38,443 nucleotides of DNA, taken from assembly GCA_025782345.1 (NCBI GenBank), contig JALGZG010000348.1, positions 1-38,443 on the forward strand, in the 5' to 3' direction. Within the stretch, counting starts at the first letter, position 1. Each line of letters begins with the position of its first letter. This stretch comes from a bacterium (GTDB lineage Bacteria > Joyebacterota > Joyebacteria > Joyebacterales > Joyebacteraceae). Positions 10,735 through 19,469 of the stretch are shown here, piece by piece. A program made the translations under genes and the position numbers. The notes beneath the pieces were generated by a model, which saw only the letters and a program-made list of their open reading frames with translations, had not been told where the DNA came from and ran no database searches.

Positions 10735-12099
10735 ATGAGACACCTGAAAGCACGCACACTGAGACAGTCGACGCCGCTGGTGGAGCGGAAGAGCACGCCG
10801 CCGGGCGGCCGTGGCTCCGCTCTGGTCGGAGTGATGGCCATTACCACGGTCGTGCTCCTGGTTGGCGTTGCCATCTTCACACTCGGCAACTCGGAGAGCG
10901 ACATCGTCGAGTATGCGGTCGATGACGCGCGCGCTTTCTACGTTGCTGAGGGCGGGCTCGAACGGGTGCGGGCATGGCTCGGAGATCTCATGGAGAGTGA
11001 CCCGAGCGCCAATCCCGTGGGAATGGTGTTCGAGGATCAGGCTCTCGGCGGTGGGCGCTACACCGTGCAGGTCGTCGATGATCCGAGCATCGGCAGCTGG
11101 CTTGTGGCGTACGAGGTCGTGTGCACCGCTGAGGTCGACGACGCGACACGTCGGATCAGGACCATCATGGTCCCCGAGACCTTCGCGAAGTACCAGTGGT
11201 TTGCCGAGGGTGGAGGGTGGCGGTGGTTCTGCACGGGAGAGAGGTTCGAGGGGCGGGTGCACGTCCAGGACGACCTCCTGATCGACGGTGACCCGTGGTT
11301 TGGCGGCAGGGTGACGGTCGGAGGTGGTCTCACGATGGAGGAAGGGAGCGGCCCGACCTTTGTGGAGGGCTACGAGCTGAACGTCGGCGTGATCCCTCTG
11401 CCCGGTGTTGCCGACATTGACGAGGGAGTTAAAACGGCCGCGCTGAACGGGGGACTTCACGCGGGGATACTGCCCAAGCTAAAGGACTTCTATCACGTGG
11501 CGCTGGGATCCCCGTCGCCGGGCGAGCTGACATACGAGGGACGTCGGCCGCAGGGCCCAGGCTATCTGAGCATAGATGGTCCCCACATCGTCAACATCTC
11601 GTCGCTGAACGGCGCGGCATGGTTCGAGGAGCCGGTAGCGGTAGAGGGAATACTGGACGGCCAGCTCACCATCTACGCGGACGGCGATATCCAGATCTGG
11701 GACGACATCCTCTACGACGCGTCGACGCCGGGCGCCGGACCGGACCCGGAATGCGACGACGTGCTCGGGCTCATTGCCGGCGGTGACATCGAGATCTCCT
11801 ACACGGTGCCCAACCAGAGCGACTGCGAGATACACGGGGTGATGATCGCTCTGGACGCGGACGTGCAGGCAGAGAGGTATACGAAGTACGACCCGAGGGG
11901 CAGCCTGATCATCTACGGTGGAGTCATTGCGCAGGAGAGCGTCCTCTGCGGGCAGTTCGAAAACGGCTACTGCGTGCACGGCTACGAGCGCGACTACAGG
12001 GTTGACCCGAGACTTACAAGGATGCCTCCACCGTTTTTCCCGGTGATCGGGAGGTACCTCGTCTACTCGTGGGAGGAGATCGATCCTCCTGAGGCTTGA
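10735..12099 (+). CDS. PilX/GspK-like minor pilin with large C-terminal domain (DUF4900-like), paralog 2
   Basis: RG|SALV site, AFYVAEGGLERV, DGDPWFGG, GYERDYRVDPRL..PPPFFP. Colinear with the upstream paralog. Confidence 0.75.
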   Translation: MRHLKARTLRQSTPLVERKSTPPGGRGSALVGVMAITTVVLLVGVAIFTLGNSESDIVEYAVDDARAFYVAEGGLERVRAWLGDLMESDPSANPVGMVFEDQALGGGRYTVQVVDDPSIGSWLVAYEVVCTAEVDDATRRIRTIMVPETFAKYQWFAEGGGWRWFCTGERFEGRVHVQDDLLIDGDPWFGGRVTVGGGLTMEEGSGPTFVEGYELNVGVIPLPGVADIDEGVKTAALNGGLHAGILPKLKDFYHVALGSPSPGELTYEGRRPQGPGYLSIDGPHIVNISSLNGAAWFEEPVAVEGILDGQLTIYADGDIQIWDDILYDASTPGAGPDPECDDVLGLIAGGDIEISYTVPNQSDCEIHGVMIALDADVQAERYTKYDPRGSLIIYGGVIAQESVLCGQFENGYCVHGYERDYRVDPRLTRMPPPFFPVIGRYLVYSWEEIDPPEA

Positions 12100-12100
12100 T

Positions 12101-13897
12101 GTGTTCAGGGAGAAGGCAGTGACCAGAAGGCGACAGAAATTCCAGGACGAGCAAGAGCGCCAGGACGAGGGACGTCAGGCCGACCTGGCCCTCCACGGCA
12201 AGCGGTTCGGTGAACTGCTCATCGAGGCCGGCGTGATAACCGCCGGTGACCTCGAAAGCGCGCTCGAGACCCAGCACGAGACCGGCGAGCGGCTCGGAGA
12301 AGCTCTGGTCAAGCTGGAGCTGGCCACGGAAGTCGACATCGTCGACGCTCTCGCGGGCCAGCTGGGCATCGGGGAGTTCGACCCGGTGGTCGCCGGGACG
12401 ATCGATCCCGACATCGTGCTCACCATCCCGGAACACATGGCCAGGCACCATCATGCACTGGCGGTCGCGCGAATGGGCAATGAGCTCATTGTCGCGATGT
12501 CGGATCCGCTCGACCTCGTCGCGATCGATGACCTGGAAGTAGCGACGAAGTGCGAGCTCTCCATTCAGGTGGGGCTCGAGAGTGACATCGAGAGCGCCAT
12601 AACCACGGCGTACCGCACCGCGACGGCCGACCAGAACCTCGAGGACGTCATCGAGGGCGCCAGGGTCGAACTGGGCATCCAGGATTCCAGCGCGCTCGAG
12701 GAACTCTCGGAGGACGAACTGAGGGAGCGGGCGGAGGACGCCCCCATCGTCAAGCTCGTCAATCTGATCCTGGGGCAGGGCATCGCCGAGCGAGCGACCG
12801 ACATACACATCGAGCCGCTCGAGAAGAAGGTCGTTGTGCGCTACCGAGTGGACGGCGTCCTCTACGATGCTACGACGCCCCCCAAGCGCTTCCAGGAGGC
12901 CATCGTTGTCAGGATCAAGATCCTCTCGGACATGAATGTGGCCGAGAGACGCGTACCGTTGGACGGTCGCTTCACGGCGAGATTCGAGGACCACGACGTG
13001 GACGTCAGAGTCTCCACGTTGCCGACCATTTACGGCGAGAAGGTGGCCATGCGGCTGCTGCACAAGTCCGCGACGATCGTCGGTCTTGCCGAGCTTGGTT
13101 TCGAGGAGGACGCACAGGCGACCTTCCGCAGGGCGCTCAAGCGCCCCTACGGCATGGTGCTGATCAGCGGTCCGACCGGCTGCGGCAAGAGTACCACGCT
13201 CTACGCCGGCATGGGTGAACTGGACCGCGTTGGAAGGAACATCACGACCCTGGAGGACCCGGTCGAGTATCACATAGACCGCGTCAACCAGGTGAACGTC
13301 AACAGGAAGGCCGGGATGACGTTCTCGACCGGTTTGAGGTCGATCCTCAGGCAGGACCCGGACATCATCATGGTGGGTGAGGTGCGTGACCTCGAGACGG
13401 CAGAGCTGGCCATCAGGAGCGCGCTGACCGGCCACCTGGTCCTCAGCACGGTCCACGCGAACGACGCGGCCACAACGGCGACGAGGCTCGTCGACATCGG
13501 AATCGAGCCCTATCTGGTGACGAGCGCCATCCATCTCGTCATGGCTCAGCGGCTCGTCAGAAGGATCTGCCCGCACTGCAAGGAGCCGTACAAGCCCGAC
13601 CCGAAGGCCGTGATGGCGCTCGTGGGTGAAGCCTGCGAGGGCGCGGTCTTCTACAGGGGCGCGGGATGCAAGCAGTGCAAGGGACGCGGCTTCCTCGGAA
13701 GGACGGCCATCTTCGAGATGCTCGAGATCACGCCTGAGCTATCCGAGCTCGTTATGAAGGGTGTATCCGCGGACATATTGCGAAGGAAGGCGCTCGAGGC
13801 CGGGTTCGTGACACTCAGAGAGAACGCGGCCAAGAAGACTCTGGACGGCATCACCACGGTAGAGGAGGCGCTGGGCGTCTCCACCGAGACGACGTAG
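12101..13897 (+). CDS. pilB: Type IV pilus assembly ATPase PilB/GspE with N-terminal MshEN domain
   Basis: ATDIHIEP, Walker A GPTGCGKSTT, TLEDPVEY, LRQDPDIIMVGEVRD, TGHLVLSTVH, CPHC/CKQC Zn site. Start may be GTG 12119. Confidence 0.93.
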   Translation: MFREKAVTRRRQKFQDEQERQDEGRQADLALHGKRFGELLIEAGVITAGDLESALETQHETGERLGEALVKLELATEVDIVDALAGQLGIGEFDPVVAGTIDPDIVLTIPEHMARHHHALAVARMGNELIVAMSDPLDLVAIDDLEVATKCELSIQVGLESDIESAITTAYRTATADQNLEDVIEGARVELGIQDSSALEELSEDELRERAEDAPIVKLVNLILGQGIAERATDIHIEPLEKKVVVRYRVDGVLYDATTPPKRFQEAIVVRIKILSDMNVAERRVPLDGRFTARFEDHDVDVRVSTLPTIYGEKVAMRLLHKSATIVGLAELGFEEDAQATFRRALKRPYGMVLISGPTGCGKSTTLYAGMGELDRVGRNITTLEDPVEYHIDRVNQVNVNRKAGMTFSTGLRSILRQDPDIIMVGEVRDLETAELAIRSALTGHLVLSTVHANDAATTATRLVDIGIEPYLVTSAIHLVMAQRLVRRICPHCKEPYKPDPKAVMALVGEACEGAVFYRGAGCKQCKGRGFLGRTAIFEMLEITPELSELVMKGVSADILRRKALEAGFVTLRENAAKKTLDGITTVEEALGVSTETT

Positions 13898-13928
13898 CAG
13901 CGAAGCACGCACGCAGGAGGAAACAACC

Positions 13929-15173
13929 TTGACACGGTTCGAGTACGTAGCCAAAAGCACGTCGGGCGCGCAGAGGAGCAGCTTCCTATACGCGGAGTCA
14001 GCTGCGGCTGCGGCAGACATCCTCCACAGGGACGGGCTGGTGGTGCTCTCCATTCGTGAGATGAAGAGGCCGGTCCGGGAGATGACGAAGTCGCAGACCA
14101 CGCGGTTCTTCGAGGGGCACGTCCCCGCCGGATCGGTCGCGCTGTTTACGAAACAGCTGACGTCCATGCTTAACGCGGGGCTTCCTCTGACGCGGGCGCT
14201 CTACGGCCTGGCAAGGGACGAGGCCAACCGGACATTGAGTGATGTCCTGGTGCGCGTGGCCTCGAATATCGAGGGTGGCGAGACGCTTTCATCGGCGATG
14301 TCGAGGCACCCTGGAGTGTTCCCGCGGCTCTACATCAGCATGGTCAAGTCGGGCGAGCAGAGCGGGAAACTCGTCACCATCATGCGCCACCTCGCGCGGT
14401 ACATGGACAGGACCGAGGCGGTGAAGCGCAAGGTGCGGTCCGCGATGACCTATCCCACCTTCGTGGTGGGCTTCTCGGTCATCGCAAGTTCCGTGCTCTT
14501 CCTCAAGATTGTCCCGATGATGGCGGGAATCTACGCGAAGCTCGATGCCGAGCTGCCCATGCCGACTCAGATAGTCATCAAGGCCAGCAGCATTGTCGGG
14601 CGGTACATCTGGGTTCCGATACTGCTGCTCATCGTGCTGATAGTCATCTGGCGTGTGATGATGAGGAACGCTGCCGGCAGGTATGTTCTGGACTCTTTCA
14701 AGCTGAGACTCCCGATCTTCGGACGGATACTCAGGAAAGTCGTGATTGCCAAGTTCCTGCGGACCCTCGGAGTCCTCGTGGAGAGCGGACTCCCCGTCCT
14801 GGACGCGCTGGAGCTGGCGGGTGGGTCGTCGGGCAACGAGGTGGTGGTCCGGGCCTCCGGCAAGATCGGCAACATGGTGTCGCACGGCTCGAGTCTCTCG
14901 AAGAGCTTTGGGTCCACCGGTGTCTTCCCGGAGATCGTGGTGCAGATGGTCTCGACGGGTGAGGAGACGGGCACGCTGGGCGAGATGCTCGCTAACCTGT
15001 CGGATTACTACGACGAGCAGGTTGGCACGTCGATCGAGGGGCTGTCTTCGATCCTCGAGCCGCTTCTCATCGTGCTCATTGGTGGCATCATTGCTCTGAT
15101 GCTGGTCGCGATGTTCCTGCCGGTGTTCCACCTCGGCGGAGCCATCCGCCAAGGCATGATCAGGTCAGGGTGA
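13929..15173 (+). CDS. pilC: Type IV pilus platform protein PilC/GspF
   Basis: FTKQLTSMLNAGLPL, GEQSGKL, AMTYP, GEETGTL, ILEPLLI..FLPVF. TTG start after AGGAGG. Confidence 0.93.
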   Translation: MTRFEYVAKSTSGAQRSSFLYAESAAAAADILHRDGLVVLSIREMKRPVREMTKSQTTRFFEGHVPAGSVALFTKQLTSMLNAGLPLTRALYGLARDEANRTLSDVLVRVASNIEGGETLSSAMSRHPGVFPRLYISMVKSGEQSGKLVTIMRHLARYMDRTEAVKRKVRSAMTYPTFVVGFSVIASSVLFLKIVPMMAGIYAKLDAELPMPTQIVIKASSIVGRYIWVPILLLIVLIVIWRVMMRNAAGRYVLDSFKLRLPIFGRILRKVVIAKFLRTLGVLVESGLPVLDALELAGGSSGNEVVVRASGKIGNMVSHGSSLSKSFGSTGVFPEIVVQMVSTGEETGTLGEMLANLSDYYDEQVGTSIEGLSSILEPLLIVLIGGIIALMLVAMFLPVFHLGGAIRQGMIRSG

Positions 15174-15198
15174 CACGCGGCACGCCGTTCGAGGTCGC

Positions 15199-15214
15199 GG
15201 GCACGCTATGTGCT
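15199..15214 (+). promoter_or_regulatory. Putative sigma-54 promoter for the major pilin
   Basis: GGGCACGCTATGTGCT, GG-N10-GC with GGCACG core, about 68 nt upstream of the pilin ATG. Deviates from consensus at two positions. Confidence 0.55.
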
Positions 15215-15281
15215 AGGTGGAGAGTGTCAATGAAATCAAGGGATGTATGGGAATTCAGAGGTTGAAAGGAGGTGAAAGAGA

Positions 15282-15701
15282 ATGAGTATGCTGAGGAACA
15301 GCAAGGGCTTCACGCTCGTGGAGCTCATGGTTGTAGTCATCATCGTGCTCGTGCTCGCTGGTATTGCCGTCCCGGTCTACATCCACTACATCCAGGAGGG
15401 CAAGAAGAGCGAGGCGTACGCGGTTATCGACTCGATTAAGAGTGGAGCGCTCGTGTACTTCCAGAAGAACGACTCGTACACGGGCGGCACGCTGGACAAC
15501 TGGCTGGCGAGAGATGACACCGACAACGCGACGTACTTCACGTACGTGCTGTCTCTCCAGACCGACGCCGGCTTCGTGGCGACGGCTACCGTCAACGGCG
15601 GCTGGGGTCCACTCGGCGCGACGGTTGTCTGGACTCACGCAGGCGCCAGCGCTCCCGCGGGCGATGCTGGTCAGGGTGTGTTTACTGAGGCGGGTTGGTA
15701 A
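15282..15701 (+). CDS. pilA: Type IVa major pilin
   Basis: MSMLRNSKG|FTLVELMVV class III signal peptide with E5 and P22. Very strong RBS AAAGGAGGTGA and a downstream hairpin suggest the major subunit. Confidence 0.88.
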   Translation: MSMLRNSKGFTLVELMVVVIIVLVLAGIAVPVYIHYIQEGKKSEAYAVIDSIKSGALVYFQKNDSYTGGTLDNWLARDDTDNATYFTYVLSLQTDAGFVATATVNGGWGPLGATVVWTHAGASAPAGDAGQGVFTEAGW

Positions 15702-15709
15702 CAGCTTCG

Positions 15710-15737
15710 GGGCCGGGACCCCGTGGGGTCCCGGCCC
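15710..15737 (+). terminator. Strong hairpin after the pilin gene (attenuator or mRNA stabiliser)
   Basis: Perfect 13-bp inverted repeat GGGCCGGGACCCC-GT-GGGGTCCCGGCCC with no U-tract. Confidence 0.65.
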
Positions 15738-15767
15738 GCTACCCCCAGGGGCGGAACCAGGAAAGGC

Positions 15768-16235
15768 ATGAAGGTGAGCTTCAGACTGAGAAGCGAGAGC
15801 GGCTTCAGCTTGATGGAGGTCATGATCTCGGTGGTCGTGTTCTCCATAGCCATCGTCTTCCTCTACCAGATGCTCTTCAGTGGACGTATGCAGGTGGAGT
15901 TCGAGGGAGAGAGGAGGGTGGCTGCGAAGGCAGCCGAGCTCAAGATCGAGGAGCTCAAGTACGCGGGCTATGGTTCCAGCGATGCAGCGGCTGACTGGAC
16001 GAGCCTGACGATGGACATCGGGACGCACCCCGGCAACCGGCGCATCGTGCTGGACGACAGAGGCACGCCCGATGCACAGGACGACTTGGCCGGGATGATC
16101 AGGTGGACGGTCAGAGACACGCAGTGGTTGGACTCCGGGATCACTACCGAGGCCAAGGTCGTCGATCTCACACTGCGGTGGCCGGAGAACTGGATGCGCG
16201 ACAGTGTCCGAATCGTGACGGTGGTGGCGAGATGA
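15768..16235 (+). CDS. Minor pilin, PilV/GspI-like
   Basis: RSESG|FSLMEVMISVVV prepilin motif, AAELKIEELK helix, C-terminal VDLTLRW strand. Start set to ATG 15768. Confidence 0.8.
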   Translation: MKVSFRLRSESGFSLMEVMISVVVFSIAIVFLYQMLFSGRMQVEFEGERRVAAKAAELKIEELKYAGYGSSDAAADWTSLTMDIGTHPGNRRIVLDDRGTPDAQDDLAGMIRWTVRDTQWLDSGITTEAKVVDLTLRWPENWMRDSVRIVTVVAR

Positions 16236-16759
16236 CAAAGAGACTGAGAATGCACGGGTCGGTAACCGGTGGGCGTCTCGCGACCAATGCGGGCATGACC
16301 ATGGTTGAGGTCCTGATCGCCGGATTCATCGGCACCGTTGTTCTCCTTGCGGCGTTTACCATGTACCTGACTTCCATGGAGACGTGGAACCTGTCGGGCG
16401 CCAGACTTGCGCTCCAGCGCAATGGTGACCGCGCTGTCAAGAGGATCGCGTTCGATATACGGCACGGCGACACGGTGATAGTCGGCGCGGACTCGACATC
16501 GATCGCCGTCACGAGGACGATATCCGGCGCCACAGCCGTGCAGGCGACGTATGCCCTCATCGGTGACCAGGTGGTGAACCAGCACGGCACGGTTCTCACG
16601 GGCGACGTGACGGATCTGCGATTCTCCTCTGGCAACGGCGCCAAGGTCTGGATTAGCATGACGCTCGCTGACGACATGGGGACAACGGCGGTGTCGTTCG
16701 ACGACCAGAGAGTGGAGATCAATTCGGTAGCGGTGTGCCGGAACGAACCGATTCCGTAG
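16232..16759 (+). CDS. Minor pilin, PilW/GspJ-like
   Basis: NAG|MTMVEVLIAG prepilin motif, IAFDIRHG, C-terminal CRN. ATG overlaps the upstream stop. Confidence 0.78.
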   Translation: MTKRLRMHGSVTGGRLATNAGMTMVEVLIAGFIGTVVLLAAFTMYLTSMETWNLSGARLALQRNGDRAVKRIAFDIRHGDTVIVGADSTSIAVTRTISGATAVQATYALIGDQVVNQHGTVLTGDVTDLRFSSGNGAKVWISMTLADDMGTTAVSFDDQRVEINSVAVCRNEPIP

Positions 16760-16780
16760 CGAGATCAGGAGGTATAGACA

Positions 16781-17779
16781 GTGTTCGGCGGGTCCCGGAA
16801 ATTCGTCACAGGTCTGGACGTGGGTGCCGAGAGCGTGAAGGCCGTGACGTTGCGGCACACGGGCGACGGGGTCAGCCTCGTGGGCATTGCGCTGGCGGAG
16901 ATCGACTACCCGAGCGTGAACAGAAGCGCGACCGATGAGGGCGCCAACGGCGCGCGCATCGACGCGATCAGGAGTGCGCTCAAGGCCTCCGGTACCGACA
17001 TTTCGGCGTCCTGTCAGGTGGTCACGGCCGTCGGGGGGCCCAGCGTCAACGTCAAACACGTGTCCTTCCCGACGATATCCAACCCCAGCCTGGCGGAGTC
17101 CATCGGCTGGGAGGCCAAGAAGCACGTGCCCTTCGGCGCCTCGGAGTTCGTGCTGGATTTCCAGCCGCTGGCGCGCGAGGCGGGCGAAGAGGCCGACGAG
17201 ATGCACGTTCTTCTCGCTGCCGTGGAACAGCGTCACATCGACAGTCACGTCGGGTTGGTGTGCGATGCAGGTGTGGAGCCCTTCGCCGTCGATATCGTGC
17301 CGCTCGCTCTCATGAATGAGCTTGGTGCGGAGGGGCTGGTCGGCGACGGTACCGTGGCGTCCGTCGAGATAGGGGCGAGCACCCTGAGCGTGTCCATCTA
17401 CCGTTCCGGGGGACTTCTCCTTGTGCGCTCGGTTCGAATGCCGATTACCATGGCCGCCGGCAACGCCGCCGCGTCCGGGGGCGAAGGTGAGAGCGAGGAA
17501 GCGCGTCGCCAATGGCAGACGTTCGTGCTCAAAGAGGTGCGGCGTTCCCTGGCCTTCTACAACAGCGAGACCGGGAGACGCGGCATAGACAAGGTCTACC
17601 TGAGCGGCGGGCGTGCGCTGGCCGAGGGTGTGGCGGAGCGCTTCACGAATGCACTGAAGGTTCCGACGGAGGTCCTCAATCCGCTCAAGAACCTGGCCGA
17701 CGCCAAGATCGATATCGAGAGTCTGCTACCCCAGGGCCCGAGATTCGCCCTGGCGATGAGCTTGGCGAGGAGGGCGTAG
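16781..17779 (+). CDS. pilM: Type IV pilus alignment protein PilM
   Basis: GLDVGAESVK, WEAKKHVPF, VLDFQ, VLLAA, EVRRSLAFY, VYLSGG, EVLNP. AGGAGG RBS. Confidence 0.88.
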   Translation: MFGGSRKFVTGLDVGAESVKAVTLRHTGDGVSLVGIALAEIDYPSVNRSATDEGANGARIDAIRSALKASGTDISASCQVVTAVGGPSVNVKHVSFPTISNPSLAESIGWEAKKHVPFGASEFVLDFQPLAREAGEEADEMHVLLAAVEQRHIDSHVGLVCDAGVEPFAVDIVPLALMNELGAEGLVGDGTVASVEIGASTLSVSIYRSGGLLLVRSVRMPITMAAGNAAASGGEGESEEARRQWQTFVLKEVRRSLAFYNSETGRRGIDKVYLSGGRALAEGVAERFTNALKVPTEVLNPLKNLADAKIDIESLLPQGPRFALAMSLARRA

Positions 17780-17783
17780 CCCG

Positions 17784-18377
17784 GTGCTCTTCAAGATCAA
17801 CATGTACCGCCTGCGGAACGAGCGGGCCGTCGAGATCAGACGGAAGCTGCGCCACCTCGCGTTGGTCGTTTTCCTGGTCGGCGTCAGCATCGTGGTTTCC
17901 GGGCTCTTCATCTTTGCGATCGTGCTGACTCAGCAGGAGATAGCGGGTAAGGTCGCCCGCATCGAGACGGCCAATGCTGCACTGCGGGAAGCGCTGGGCG
18001 GAGTGACGGCCGCCATCTCCGACGAGGAACTGAGTCTCATCAGGACCCGCGCCGTCCAGACAAGGTGGAGCAACGTCCTTGCGGCGTCCGCCAGGCTCGC
18101 TACACATGAGCTCTGGTTCACACAGGTCAGGTTCAGTGAGGGGTCACTGGTCGGTGCCCGGGGCAGAACGCCTGGGTTCCATGTGAAAGGGCGACTTCGG
18201 GCGGGGCGCAAGGAGGAGAGCCTCGCCAAGCTTATGGAGTTCCTCTCGGCCGTGAGGGACGAACCGGTTTTCGCGGAGAGCTTCTCGGAGGTCAAGCTGG
18301 TGACTTCCAGATGGAAGCAGACGACGGACGACGAGTACATGGAATTCGAGATATTCTGCCCGTTGGGCGATGAGTGA
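17784..18377 (+). CDS. pilN: PilN-like protein
   Basis: N-terminal KINM (INLL-like) motif, TM helix, coiled coil, WSNVL..LWFT ferredoxin-like domain; follows pilM. Confidence 0.72.
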   Translation: MLFKINMYRLRNERAVEIRRKLRHLALVVFLVGVSIVVSGLFIFAIVLTQQEIAGKVARIETANAALREALGGVTAAISDEELSLIRTRAVQTRWSNVLAASARLATHELWFTQVRFSEGSLVGARGRTPGFHVKGRLRAGRKEESLAKLMEFLSAVRDEPVFAESFSEVKLVTSRWKQTTDDEYMEFEIFCPLGDE

Positions 18378-18394
18378 GGGGGCAGGGGCGAACA

Positions 18395-18898
18395 ATGGGA
18401 ATTCGTAGCTGGTTGGGCGTTGTAGTTATCGTAGTTATCTGTGCACTTCTCTTCGTGGCAGACGGCACGCTGTACCGTCCTCGCAGGGAGAGGCTCAGGG
18501 AACTGACCCGTGAGCTTGCCATCGCTGAGAGCGAGCACGCGTACGTCGCCGGGCATTCGATCGAGCTCGAACGGATTCTCGACCTCCTGCCCGCCGACGT
18601 GGACGGGGTGAACGAGGGGGAGCAGCAGTTTCTGTCCAACATCAGCCAGCAGCTTCAGGGCGCCGGCATGGTTCTGACACGCGTGGAACCTCGACGCGTG
18701 CAGGAGGATGGGTCCTACACTCGCCGTACGTTCAAGCTGGAGGTCGAGGGTGGGTACAGGGAGTTCGCCAATTTCCTCAGGTATATGGAGCTCTTGCCTG
18801 AGGTCGTCATAGTCAAGTCGTTCGAGCTTCATTCGAGACAGGTGAGACGAGGGAGCAAGCACTCGGCAACGTTGACGGTCACCGTCATAGGATACTAG
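18395..18898 (+). CDS. pilO: PilO/GspM-like protein
   Basis: TM helix, coiled coil, LLP, LEVEGGYREFANFLRYMELLP motif. Alternative start GTG 18374. Confidence 0.78.
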   Translation: MGIRSWLGVVVIVVICALLFVADGTLYRPRRERLRELTRELAIAESEHAYVAGHSIELERILDLLPADVDGVNEGEQQFLSNISQQLQGAGMVLTRVEPRRVQEDGSYTRRTFKLEVEGGYREFANFLRYMELLPEVVIVKSFELHSRQVRRGSKHSATLTVTVIGY

Positions 18899-18941
18899 AC
18901 GATCCAGATCGAGTCCGGGTCCCGATACCTTTGGAGGTTCC

Positions 18942-19442
18942 ATGAAACGGAAGACGGTACTGATCGTGTTGGTGGCGGTTATGGCGACGGCGGGGTCCAC
19001 GTTCGTGGCCACACGTGCGATCACGGGTGCGGTGACCGACGGACGCACCGTCTCCGCCTCTGCCGAGACGGACGCCGGAGACATCCAGAGCAAGGGCGCC
19101 GAGGTCGAGCTGCTTGTGGGAGACATGCAGGAATCGAGCGGCGAGGAGGCGGTCACGCGCGAGGACCGAGACCCGATGGTGGCGTACAAGCCCGAGCCGA
19201 AGCCCGAGCCTAAGCCTAAGCCCGCCCCGACGTCGACCGCGCCTGCTGCCCCCAGGTGGCCGTCGTATACGGTGACCGCGGTGCTCCTCGGCGACGACGA
19301 TCCACGGGCCTTCCTCACGCTTAGGGGGACGAGCATCAGCGCGAAGGTGGGCGACGAGATCACCGGAGGTCGTGTGACAGCGATTGAACCAGACGGAGTG
19401 ACGATAGAGGGTAAGGCCGGGACGAAGAAATACCCGTTCTAG
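18942..19442 (+). CDS. PilP/GspC-like periplasmic connector
   Basis: N-terminal hydrophobic segment without lipobox Cys, RDPM (RDPF-like), Pro/Lys linker, C-terminal beta domain (AKVGDEI..RVTAIEPDGVTI); lies between pilO and the secretin. Confidence 0.65.
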   Translation: MKRKTVLIVLVAVMATAGSTFVATRAITGAVTDGRTVSASAETDAGDIQSKGAEVELLVGDMQESSGEEAVTREDRDPMVAYKPEPKPEPKPKPAPTSTAPAAPRWPSYTVTAVLLGDDDPRAFLTLRGTSISAKVGDEITGGRVTAIEPDGVTIEGKAGTKKYPF

Positions 19443-19469
19443 GCCTGGAAACAACCGGAGGATGCTGCC

